DNA of 64,000 nt, taken from the NCBI GenBank assembly GCA_028819435.1, contig JAPPLK010000073.1:3323-67322 (forward strand), written 5' to 3'. The DNA comes from Nitrospira sp. (GTDB lineage Bacteria > Nitrospirota > Nitrospiria > Nitrospirales > UBA8639). The notes beneath the pieces are model-generated. The model made no database searches, was not told the DNA's origin, and saw only the letters and a program-made list of their open reading frames with translations. Position 1 is the first letter of the stretch. Every line of letters starts with the position of its first letter. Both the position numbers and the translations under genes were made by a program. Of the stretch, positions 47,497 through 55,689 are shown one piece after another.

Positions 47497-47627
47497 TGCT
47501 GCCTATGTTCTCTCATTTATTGACAGAAAGCGAGAGGAGGGGCAAGCCTATGCAAGTGAAATGAACATGCGCTCGACATTTACGGGCCTATACAACGCCG
47601 GATTGCCGGGAAGAAAAAGCTAAAGAC

Positions 47628-48115
47628 CCTGGATCCCCGATTACTAATGTCGGGGATGACAGAAGGAAATGCGAAGGCCCCTCACTCCAGCCCCGGATCA
47701 AATCATGCGGGACGGCACGGGGGCCGTCCCCTACGGGGTCATGATGTCTTGCTCATGTAGGGACACCCCCTGTGGTTGTCCGAATAGATGTAGGGAACAA
47801 CGATCGTTGTTCCCTACTTGTCGGGTTACGCCCTTCGACAGGTCTGCCCTGCCTGTCCTGAGCGCCCTTCGACTCCAGGCGCGTAGCGCCTTACGCTCAG
47901 GGTGACCGGAGAGGCACCCGTTCGTCCTAGGCCCTTCGACAGGCTCAGGACAGGCGTAGCGAAGCGAAGTCGAAGGAAGCGTCGTCGAAGGGCTAAACCG
48001 ACCTGCGGTCCGCCCACGGTCTCCTCTACCTCCCCTTGCCCCTCCTTACAAAGGAGGGGAATAGCGCGATGAGGCATGTCCCTGCCCCCGAGCAGGGATC
48101 GCGCGGCTACGAATA
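47628..48115. repeat. ~0.5-kb cluster of at least eight different REP-type palindromic units
   Basis: Members of the cctggatccccgat..gtcggggatgac, tgtagggaca..tgtccg, gggaacaacgatcgttgttccc, cctgtcctgagcg..cgaagg (x3, both orientations), cccctccttacaaaggagggg and cctgcccccgagcaggg types follow each other head to tail. Confidence 0.75.
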
Positions 48116-48180
48116 GGAAGAGAATCGGTCATCAGGTGACAAAATGTACAAAAGTTAAAAATTGTTACAAATATTACAAA

Positions 48181-48216
48181 TTGTAAACTTTGTAAAAAAC
48201 TTTACAAAGTTTACAA
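48181..48216. promoter_or_regulatory. Perfect 16-bp inverted repeat (ttgtaaactttgtaaa-aaac-tttacaaagtttacaa) in the AT-rich leader of pepM
   Basis: Verified base by base. Each arm holds two TTGTAAA heptamers. More TGT(N)ACA-type half-sites lie just upstream (tgtaca, ttgttacaa). Confidence 0.4.
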
Positions 48217-48399
48217 AATTTTGAATATTTTAAAAAAATAAATTTTGAAAAGACTGTGGAAACCTAAGACATCTGGCAACAACCACATGTCTTAGCAAAA
48301 TTAATTCGATTCTGTTATTCTTTTTTGTCCCCCTCACCCTGCCCTCTCCCTCCAGGGGAGAGGGTTTTATGGGGCAGGCATTTGTAGAATTGTTGAAGC

Positions 48400-50037
48400 G
48401 TGATGAACAAACCGTCACCTCCCTCCAGAACGCGGCAATTCAAGGGGCTCCTGCAATCCGATCAGTTGGAGTTTCTCTGTGAGGCGCACAATGGGCTTAG
48501 CGCCAGGATCGTGGAGGAGGCGGGGTTTAAGAGCATATGGGCCAGCGGGCTCACTCTCTCCGCCCAATTCGGGGTGCGGGACAACAACGAAGCAAGTTGG
48601 ACGCAAATCCTCGACCACCTGGAATTCATGTCCGACGCCACGCGAGTCCCCATCCTGCTCGACGGCGATACCGGCTACGGGAATTTCAACAACATGCAGC
48701 GCCTGATCCGGAAGCTGGAACAACGCCGGATCGCAGCCGTCTGCATCGAAGACAAGCTGTTCCCCAAGACCAACAGTTTTTTGAAGGGCGAAACCCAGCC
48801 CATGGCCGACGTCGAGGAATTCTGCGGGAAAATCAAGGCCGGCAAGGATGCCCAGACCGACGAGGATTTCTGCCTGATTGCCAGGATCGAAGCCTTTATA
48901 TGTGGCTGGGGTCTAGCCGAAGCCTTGAAACGGGCCGAGGCCTACCACCGGGCGGGCGCCGACGGCATCCTCATTCATAGTGCTCTATCGGTCCCTGACG
49001 AAATCCTGGCCTTCAAGCAGGAATGGGGCAATCGCTGTCCGGTGGTGATCGTGCCGACCAAGTATTACGCCACGCTCACGGACGTGTTCCGGCAACACGG
49101 CTTTTCCCTGGTGATCTGGGCCAATCACCTCCTCCGCGCGGCCGTGACCGTCATGCAGAAAACCGCGCGCACCCTGAAGGAAAACGAGAACCTGTTTTCG
49201 ATCGAAGATAAAATTGCGCCGGTAGCCGAAATCTTCCGGCTTCAGGATGCAGCCGAACTCCAGGAAGCCGAAAAACGCTATTTGCCCCACAACGGGACCA
49301 GCTTGGCCGGGATCGTCCTGGCCGCGTCCCGGGGAAACGAACTCGGAGAACTAACGCAGGACCGGCCCAAGACCATGGTGCCGATTCAAGGTCTGCCGAT
49401 CCTGTCTCACATCGTCGATGCATACAACACGATCGGCATCAAGAACCTCACCGTCGTTCGCGGCTATAAAAAGGAAGCCGTGTCCCTGCCCAACCTGACC
49501 TACGTGGACAACGACGATTTTGCCAAAACCGGAGAACTCGTCTCCCTGTTCAAGGCGTTGAAATCAAAGAATGGAGATTTTCAGGACACTATCATTTCGT
49601 ATGGAGACGTCCTCTTCAACAAGCACATTCCCCAGATCCTTTTTCAGGAACCCGAGGATTGGGTGATTGCCGTGGACAGCGTATGGGAAGGCAAAACGTC
49701 CTACACCCGGCTCGGTGGGTTCGCGGAATGTACCCTGCCGAATTCGCGCAAGGCGTTCAATGCGAATATCTACCTTAAACAATTGGGACGGGACCTGCCC
49801 CGGGAATCCATCCATGGGGTCTGGATGGGATTTTTGAAGGTGTCGGCCAACGCAGCCGAGCAGTTACACGACGTTCTCGAGGACGTGCTCGCCGATCCGG
49901 CCAACGCAAAAGCCGGCATGTCGCAATTGTTTCAGGAATTGCTTAAACGAGGCGTCCCGATACGCGTACTCTACACGGTCGGACACTGGCTGGACATCAA
50001 CTGTCTCGACGACCTGGTTCAGGCCGGACACTTCTAG
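48400..50037 (+). CDS. pepM: Phosphoenolpyruvate phosphomutase fused to a C-terminal LicC/PntC-like nucleotidyltransferase
   Basis: The PepM-diagnostic EDK-X5-NS motif is present ([13 protein letters not shown]), within an isocitrate-lyase-superfamily N-terminal half (DGDTGYGN). The C-terminal half has GIVLAASRG...RPK...VVRGY nucleotidyltransferase features. Confidence 0.88.
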   Translation: MMNKPSPPSRTRQFKGLLQSDQLEFLCEAHNGLSARIVEEAGFKSIWASGLTLSAQFGVRDNNEASWTQILDHLEFMSDATRVPILLDGDTGYGNFNNMQRLIRKLEQRRIAAVCIEDKLFPKTNSFLKGETQPMADVEEFCGKIKAGKDAQTDEDFCLIARIEAFICGWGLAEALKRAEAYHRAGADGILIHSALSVPDEILAFKQEWGNRCPVVIVPTKYYATLTDVFRQHGFSLVIWANHLLRAAVTVMQKTARTLKENENLFSIEDKIAPVAEIFRLQDAAELQEAEKRYLPHNGTSLAGIVLAASRGNELGELTQDRPKTMVPIQGLPILSHIVDAYNTIGIKNLTVVRGYKKEAVSLPNLTYVDNDDFAKTGELVSLFKALKSKNGDFQDTIISYGDVLFNKHIPQILFQEPEDWVIAVDSVWEGKTSYTRLGGFAECTLPNSRKAFNANIYLKQLGRDLPRESIHGVWMGFLKVSANAAEQLHDVLEDVLADPANAKAGMSQLFQELLKRGVPIRVLYTVGHWLDINCLDDLVQAGHF

Positions 50038-50056
50038 ATTCCTACAGGAGCAAATC

Positions 50057-50899
50057 ATGCAAACCGTGACTGCACACAACGGCGTTCCCATTCCCAACTT
50101 CATGTACGGCACGGCGTGGAAGAAGGAGGACACGGACGGGTACGTGCAAGCGGCCGTCCATGCCGGCTTTCGAGCCATCGATACCGCGAACCAGCTTATC
50201 CATTATCACGAAGCTCAGGTCGGAGAAGCCTTATTGTCGCTGGCGAAGGAGGGGATCTCAAGGGAGCAACTGTTCGTGCAGACCAAATTTACGCCCGTTT
50301 CGGGGCAGGACCACCGGACGCCCTATGACCCCATGGCTCCCGTAGGCGAACAGGTGGCGCAATCGTTTGGAAGCTCCATCGAACATTTGCACACGGACTT
50401 CATCGATTCCTATATCCTGCACGGACCCTACGGCCGCTGGGAACTCGAACAAGAAGATTGGGACGTCTGGACGGCGCTCGAAAACCTGTATCAAGCGGGC
50501 CGAGTAAAAATGATCGGGATCAGCAACGTCCAGGCCCTTCAACTGCAATTGCTATGCGAGCTGGCCAACGTCAAACCCATGGTCGTCCAGAACCGTTGCT
50601 ACGCGGCATTAGGGTGGGACCGGGCCGTCCGGGAACTCTGCCGGGACCATGACATCGTGTACCAGGGGTTTTCGTTGCTCACTGCGAATCGCGGGGTTGT
50701 CCAGAACCCGGAGGTCGGCGCCATTGCAGAACGGTGCAACACTGGGCCGGCCCAAGTCATCTTCCGGTTTGCCCAGCAGGTGGGCATGCTCCCCATAACC
50801 GGCACGACCAACACGCAACGTATGAAGGATAACCTGGACATCGACCGCGTGGAACTCACCCAGGAAGAAATCGCCCGGATCGAAAACATCGCCACGTGA
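50057..50899 (+). CDS. Aldo-keto reductase (2,5-diketo-D-gluconate reductase-like size)
   Basis: YGTAW...AIDTA...Y, FVQTKF, DSYILHGP and ITGTTN features. 280 aa. Starts 19 nt after pepM. Confidence 0.85.
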   Translation: MQTVTAHNGVPIPNFMYGTAWKKEDTDGYVQAAVHAGFRAIDTANQLIHYHEAQVGEALLSLAKEGISREQLFVQTKFTPVSGQDHRTPYDPMAPVGEQVAQSFGSSIEHLHTDFIDSYILHGPYGRWELEQEDWDVWTALENLYQAGRVKMIGISNVQALQLQLLCELANVKPMVVQNRCYAALGWDRAVRELCRDHDIVYQGFSLLTANRGVVQNPEVGAIAERCNTGPAQVIFRFAQQVGMLPITGTTNTQRMKDNLDIDRVELTQEEIARIENIAT

Positions 50900-51017
50900 T
50901 CGCCAACGCCTCAACAAAGGATGCGCCACCAGATGATCAGAACGCTTTGAATGCCTACATTCAAACGGTGGACGCCTACGGCAGCCTGGTCGATCAATCC
51001 TATTCTGCCTTTGCTGT

Positions 51018-51135
51018 CATTCCCGCGCACGCGGGAATCCAGGGTCTTTCTCTTCACAAAGGCAAACGGCAAAACCCCTGGATCCCCGATCGAGTCGGGG
51101 ATGACGGAGGGGGAGGGTCGAGGATGACAAAATGG
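51018..51135. repeat. REP units (ttcccgcgcacgcgggaa 'AGIQ' type; cctggatccccgatcgagtcggggatgac)
   Basis: Palindromes immediately downstream of the AKR gene. They account for the spurious ORF at 50896-51183. Confidence 0.7.
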
Positions 51136-51155
51136 GGGCTATTTTTCATACCAGC

Positions 51156-52076
51156 CTATTGGATTCCCGTCCGGTCGCGGTAGACCGACAGGTACACGGT
51201 ATCGGCTTTCTTCCGGCTCCACGGAAAGCGGTATAACGTCCGGATCTGGCTTGAATACTGTCCGATGTTGGCCTGCTGCCAGAGACCTTTTTCAAAATAT
51301 CGCCGGCCCTCCTGCTCCCTCAGGAATCCCGCGACCCACTCTTCCGCAAAAAAATCGACGGCCCAACTGTTCGTCCACGTCGGACGACACTGCCGGACGT
51401 AGTCATCGACCTGATAGAGCAAGTCCTGCAACTGTTCCAGATCGGCCATGACGGATTCATTGGTGAGGAGAAAGAGCAACTCATGGCCTTGGGGAACCTC
51501 GATGAGACCGATCTCGCGCTCCAAACGCCTGCAAGCCGCCTCATCCACGGCATACACGTCCGGCTCGCCCGGATCGTCTTGCGGGATAATTATGGTACGA
51601 GAAACATCCCCTCGGCACACCAGGCGCAAAGAAGGATGGACACACGCCCATTCAAGCCGGACACCGAACAGCCTGACGTCCTCCAATAACGTCGGCATCC
51701 GCTGGTTCAGGACCAGCTTGCCCTGAACCGACTCACCCGGAACCAGTCGGATACCCTGCGATCCAAATTTCCCGGGGAAAGAGTCATGCTGCATGCGACT
51801 CTGTCGTGAATCCATTCGAAACGCCGAGAGCCAACCAACGTCATTCGGGGGGAGCCAAGGCAAATCCCGGAGATTGACGGTGACGGGTTCGGGATTGTGA
51901 TTTGTCAGATGGACGTGAATTTCATAGACCCGCTCATCAGGTTTCTTCAGCAATACCTCCATGGCCAGTGTCACACGGGAGTCCGACTCAGGCTCCACGG
52001 CCTGACCGGATGAGGCAGACGGAATGCCCGGCAACCAGACACAGAATACGAATAAAGCGCACAGCACCAGTTTCAT
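51156..52076 (-). CDS. Secreted hypothetical protein
   Basis: Signal peptide MKLVLCALFVFCVWLPGIPSASS. No family recognised. The ORF opens at 52097. Confidence 0.5.
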   Translation of the reverse strand: MKLVLCALFVFCVWLPGIPSASSGQAVEPESDSRVTLAMEVLLKKPDERVYEIHVHLTNHNPEPVTVNLRDLPWLPPNDVGWLSAFRMDSRQSRMQHDSFPGKFGSQGIRLVPGESVQGKLVLNQRMPTLLEDVRLFGVRLEWACVHPSLRLVCRGDVSRTIIIPQDDPGEPDVYAVDEAACRRLEREIGLIEVPQGHELLFLLTNESVMADLEQLQDLLYQVDDYVRQCRPTWTNSWAVDFFAEEWVAGFLREQEGRRYFEKGLWQQANIGQYSSQIRTLYRFPWSRKKADTVYLSVYRDRTGIQ

Positions 52077-52097
52077 GGTGAAAGACAACCCCCTCAA

Positions 52098-52192
52098 TCC
52101 CCCTTCTCAGGGGGACGGCAGAACTCCTCTCCCCCCTGACAAGGGGGGAAGGGGGGTTCTGTAGGGGCGGACCGGCGTGTCCGCCCTCCCCT
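52098..52192. repeat. REP palindromes (ccccttctcaggggg; tgtaggggcggaccggcgtgtccgccc)
   Basis: Seen directly; same unit types occur elsewhere in the window. Confidence 0.6.
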
Positions 52193-52289
52193 TACCTCTT
52201 CTTCACACATTTTGTCACGCTATGGTACAGTACAATAAAGAGAGACGGCTCATGCAAAGATTTTCGTCACACGTGGAGTACGCTTTTTC

Positions 52290-54017
52290 ATGAATCAACA
52301 ATCCGTCAAAGAACCTGCCGAATATTGTCTCACGGTCGTGCTCTGCGTCACGCTTCTCTGCTCCGCAACGACACAGGCGTTCGCCGGGGAACAACGAGAC
52401 GGAACAATTGAAGAGATCGCCGGTCTCGCAGAAGCCGAATGGATGGATGGGGCTCCCAACCGTGCCTTGCACATCCTGGGTCCCGGGCTTGAAACTCATC
52501 CGAATGCCGTCAGATTGCAAAAATTGCGAGCGGACGTGCTCGCCACGGCGTCCCGTCGTCACCAGGAAGCCGTCGAAGCCTATGACGTGATACTCGACAA
52601 GCACCCGGAATCCCTGGAGGTCCGCTGGGCCAAATGGAGCGTGTTGCTCCGGGCGGGACAGCAGGATCAGGCCATAGCCGAATTTCAACGAATCGCGCAA
52701 CTGGATGCGAACAATCCTATTGTCACACTCAGGCTGGCGCAGGAACTCCGAAAAGTCGATCGCTTGGAGGAATCCCTGGAGTGGTATAAGAAAGCCGTGG
52801 CCATGATTCCGGACATGGTGGGGTGGCGGTTGGCGCTTGCCCGGGCCAAGCTGGACGTCCTGGATGGCCGCGGGGCCCGTGACGAAGTCGAGTACGTGCT
52901 GCGAATCGTCGAACCCGGCTCTCCCGAAGAAGCGGCCGCCCACAGTCTGCGATCAGTAATCTATGGGGCCACCAAAGAGCGGGGCCGGCGCTTCGAGCCG
53001 ATCCTGAGCCCTGGCGGGTCCGCTGAAGAGCGCAAAGCATGGTCCGCCATTCGCGCGGACGCATGGAGGCTCTTCGACGCGGGCCGCTATGCGGAAGCCG
53101 AGCCGGTCTATCGGAAAATCCTGGCCCTCAAACCCGGCGATTACGCCGCCGTCCATGAACTGGGGATGACTTTACTGGGTCTCGACCGGTGCGATGAAGC
53201 CATTCAAGTCTTTGAAAGCATGTCCGGGATGGACCCATCTGACGAAGTCTACGCAGACGCATTTTTCCGGATCGGCCGCTGTCTGATGAAGATGGGAAAA
53301 TGGACGGAAGCCCTCGCCTATTTTGAGATCCTTTATGACGCCGCCCTCGAATTCGATGAACAAACCAAGGAGGTTCCGCCCAAGGCCGACCTCAGGGTGC
53401 TGAACACGGAAACCATCGCCATGTGGCTCAAACGGGTGAAGAAACACATTCCCGCGGATGAGATGCCGAAACAAAATCCGTTGCTTCCCGCGGTCGATCC
53501 CAACGCCCCGGCCCCGATGACCGAAGAAGAACTGTACCACAAAATAGCGACGGAACGGCTGAATCCCGCACAACAGATCTACACGAGGGCATCCCTGATG
53601 GGACGGGATTCCGATTTCAGCATGTTTCGCTACGTCATTCCAGCCAACCGCGTCATGCGTGACGACCGCCCCACCGGCACCCACGAATTTATCCCGATCG
53701 AGCCGCACGACACGTTTCCGAATACCCGGGAAGAAATTTATCTGCTGTTCGGGCTCGTGACCGCGTCCTATGACGAGATGCCGCTCAGCGTGGAATGTTT
53801 TCTCGAGACGCCACAATCGAACGCGAACCAGATACCGTTGGCCCGGGACCAGGTCATCATGAACATGGGCGACCAGACCGGATACTTCATCATCACCCAG
53901 CCTGAATCAGGATGGACACCCGGACTCCACCGGTGCGGGTTATACGTCGGCAGTGAACTATCGGCCTACACGCATTCGGACGAAATCCGGTTTCGCATCA
54001 TCCCCCAAACTTCGTGA
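52290..54017 (+). CDS. Secreted TPR-repeat protein with an uncharacterised C-terminal domain
   Basis: Signal peptide, then several TPR-like helix pairs (aa ~40-330). Confidence 0.65.
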   Translation: MNQQSVKEPAEYCLTVVLCVTLLCSATTQAFAGEQRDGTIEEIAGLAEAEWMDGAPNRALHILGPGLETHPNAVRLQKLRADVLATASRRHQEAVEAYDVILDKHPESLEVRWAKWSVLLRAGQQDQAIAEFQRIAQLDANNPIVTLRLAQELRKVDRLEESLEWYKKAVAMIPDMVGWRLALARAKLDVLDGRGARDEVEYVLRIVEPGSPEEAAAHSLRSVIYGATKERGRRFEPILSPGGSAEERKAWSAIRADAWRLFDAGRYAEAEPVYRKILALKPGDYAAVHELGMTLLGLDRCDEAIQVFESMSGMDPSDEVYADAFFRIGRCLMKMGKWTEALAYFEILYDAALEFDEQTKEVPPKADLRVLNTETIAMWLKRVKKHIPADEMPKQNPLLPAVDPNAPAPMTEEELYHKIATERLNPAQQIYTRASLMGRDSDFSMFRYVIPANRVMRDDRPTGTHEFIPIEPHDTFPNTREEIYLLFGLVTASYDEMPLSVECFLETPQSNANQIPLARDQVIMNMGDQTGYFIITQPESGWTPGLHRCGLYVGSELSAYTHSDEIRFRIIPQTS

Positions 54018-54150
54018 CCCAAACAGCCCCATTGTTGTTTAGGTATGAACTCGCACTCTTTCGCTTGCCGGGACAAAACGCAATCTGGTACTTCTTCGTT
54101 CGGCATTGATCCGGCCAAAACTGTTCAAACCGGCAGCACAAAGATGCCCC

Positions 54151-54768
54151 ATGATTGATCTCTCAAGAAAGCCCCTCATAGGTGTCGTGGCATTCCTCGT
54201 CGTATGGGGATACGGCGTCAACGCGTTCGCCGGCGAGGCAACCCACGTCGTCACTGAACTTCAGGAATCGATCATGACCATTATGAAAAAAGGACGCGAT
54301 CTCGGCTACACGGGCCGCTATCAAAGCATCTCTCCTATGGTTGAAAAAAGCCACGACCTCGACACGATCGCTCGGCTGGTCGTCGGAAGACATTGGAAAG
54401 AACTCGACACGAACCAGCGTTCGGCTTTTGTCGAGACGTTCAAAAACCTGAGCATTGCCACGTACGCGGGACGGTTCAAGGATTATGGGGGAGAACAATT
54501 CACCATTCTTTCAGAAACGTCCTTGAAAAGAGGCAATCGCAAACTGGTCACCAGCCACTTTGTGAAATCCGACGGCGAGAAAATCTCGTTCAACTACATC
54601 CTGCACCAGGTTCATGACCAGTGGAAAATCATCAGCGTCAGCGTCAACGGTGTCAGCGACCTGGCCCTGAAACGCACCGAATACGGGGGCATCCTGCGCA
54701 AAGACGGGTTCCCGACCCTCATCGAACGCCTGAAATCCCAAATCGACAAGAACGCAAATGGACTCTGA
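54151..54768 (+). CDS. MlaC/Ttg2D-like (HpnM-like) periplasmic lipid-binding protein
   Basis: Signal peptide plus ...IARLVVGRHWKELDTNQRSAFVETFKNLSIATYAGRF, typical of the Tol-tolerance Ttg2D family. Confidence 0.8.
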   Translation: MIDLSRKPLIGVVAFLVVWGYGVNAFAGEATHVVTELQESIMTIMKKGRDLGYTGRYQSISPMVEKSHDLDTIARLVVGRHWKELDTNQRSAFVETFKNLSIATYAGRFKDYGGEQFTILSETSLKRGNRKLVTSHFVKSDGEKISFNYILHQVHDQWKIISVSVNGVSDLALKRTEYGGILRKDGFPTLIERLKSQIDKNANGL

Positions 54769-54792
54769 GCGTCACGAATCTCCGGCGGCTCG

Positions 54793-55575
54793 ATGAGAAG
54801 CATGACGAAGGCCATCAGCAAGACGCACGGGAATGCCGCCATGCTGGGTGTGGCAGCCGGATGGTTGGTATTCACCGTGCTGACGGGATGCGCGACCACG
54901 AAGTCCACCGATCCCGAGGTATCAGATCACGATCCGTTCGAGCCGGTGAACCGACAAATACACAGGATCAATGACTTCGCCGATCACTGGATCGCAAAAC
55001 CAGCAACCGATGCCTACGTCTCATATACGCCCCGCCCTATCCGGAACAGTGTCGCCAATTTTTTCGATAACGTGGTGTACCCCAACGTCATCCTGAATGA
55101 CTTCCTCCAGGGCAAGGGGACCCAGGGACTCGAGGACTTGGGCCGGTTTCTCGTGAACACGACGTTCGGATTTCTGGGAATTTGGGACATGGCAACACCT
55201 CTTGGTCTCGAAGCCCACGATGAAGATTTTGGACAAACCCTGGGCACGTGGGGGATGGACGAGAGCACCTACCTGATTCTGCCGCTCATCGGGCCCAGCA
55301 CCGTGAGAGATCTTCCGAATTTAGGCGTCAGTACCATCACCAATATCCTGTTCTACGTGCCCAATCCATACGTGGTACCCGTCGCCCTCCTGGGCTTCAT
55401 CGACTATCGGGCCGGACTGGACGAAGCCGTCACGCTTCGGGACAGCACGGCCGTCGAACCGTACCTCTTTACGCGGGAAGCCTACCGGCACCATCGCAGA
55501 TTCCTGATCTACGACGGAAATCCCCCCATTGACGAAAACTTCCTGCTTGACGATCCCCTCGACGATCTTCAATGA
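54793..55575 (+). CDS. mlaA: MlaA/VacJ family lipoprotein
   Basis: Lipobox LTGC, then DPFEPVNRQIHRINDF...PIRNSVANFFDN...NDFLQGK signature. Confidence 0.85.
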   Translation: MRSMTKAISKTHGNAAMLGVAAGWLVFTVLTGCATTKSTDPEVSDHDPFEPVNRQIHRINDFADHWIAKPATDAYVSYTPRPIRNSVANFFDNVVYPNVILNDFLQGKGTQGLEDLGRFLVNTTFGFLGIWDMATPLGLEAHDEDFGQTLGTWGMDESTYLILPLIGPSTVRDLPNLGVSTITNILFYVPNPYVVPVALLGFIDYRAGLDEAVTLRDSTAVEPYLFTREAYRHHRRFLIYDGNPPIDENFLLDDPLDDLQ

Positions 55576-55660
55576 GGGCGACCGGCCGATCGCCTCTACA
55601 CCCTCTCCCCGATTAAAAACGTCGGGGATTGTAGGGGCAGGCCCCTGTGCCTGCCCTCCG
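55576..55660. repeat. REP units (ggcgaccggccgatcgcc; ccccgattaaaaacgtcgggg; tgtaggggcaggcccctgtgcctgccc)
   Basis: Seen directly. Confidence 0.6.
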
Positions 55661-55689
55661 CCCGGCGTCCGGAATAAGAGCCACAACCG

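Noticed and set aside
40150-47500. Prophage or integrative element
   Set aside because: The region contains no integrase, recombinase, terminase, capsid, tail or conjugation genes.
47628-48115. Possible CRISPR array
   Set aside because: The repeat units differ from one another, are individually palindromic, occur in both orientations and are not separated by regular unique spacers. No cas genes are present. The cluster is REP/BIME-like.
50896-51183. 95-aa ORF after the AKR gene (and ORFs at 47669-47905, 47826-48077, 48230-48418, 60852-61046 and 60872-61192)
   Set aside because: Their translations are read-throughs of REP palindromes ('IPAHAGIQ', 'WIPDRVGDDGG', 'PVLSEVEG'). There are no SD sequences and the ORFs occupy intergenic positions.
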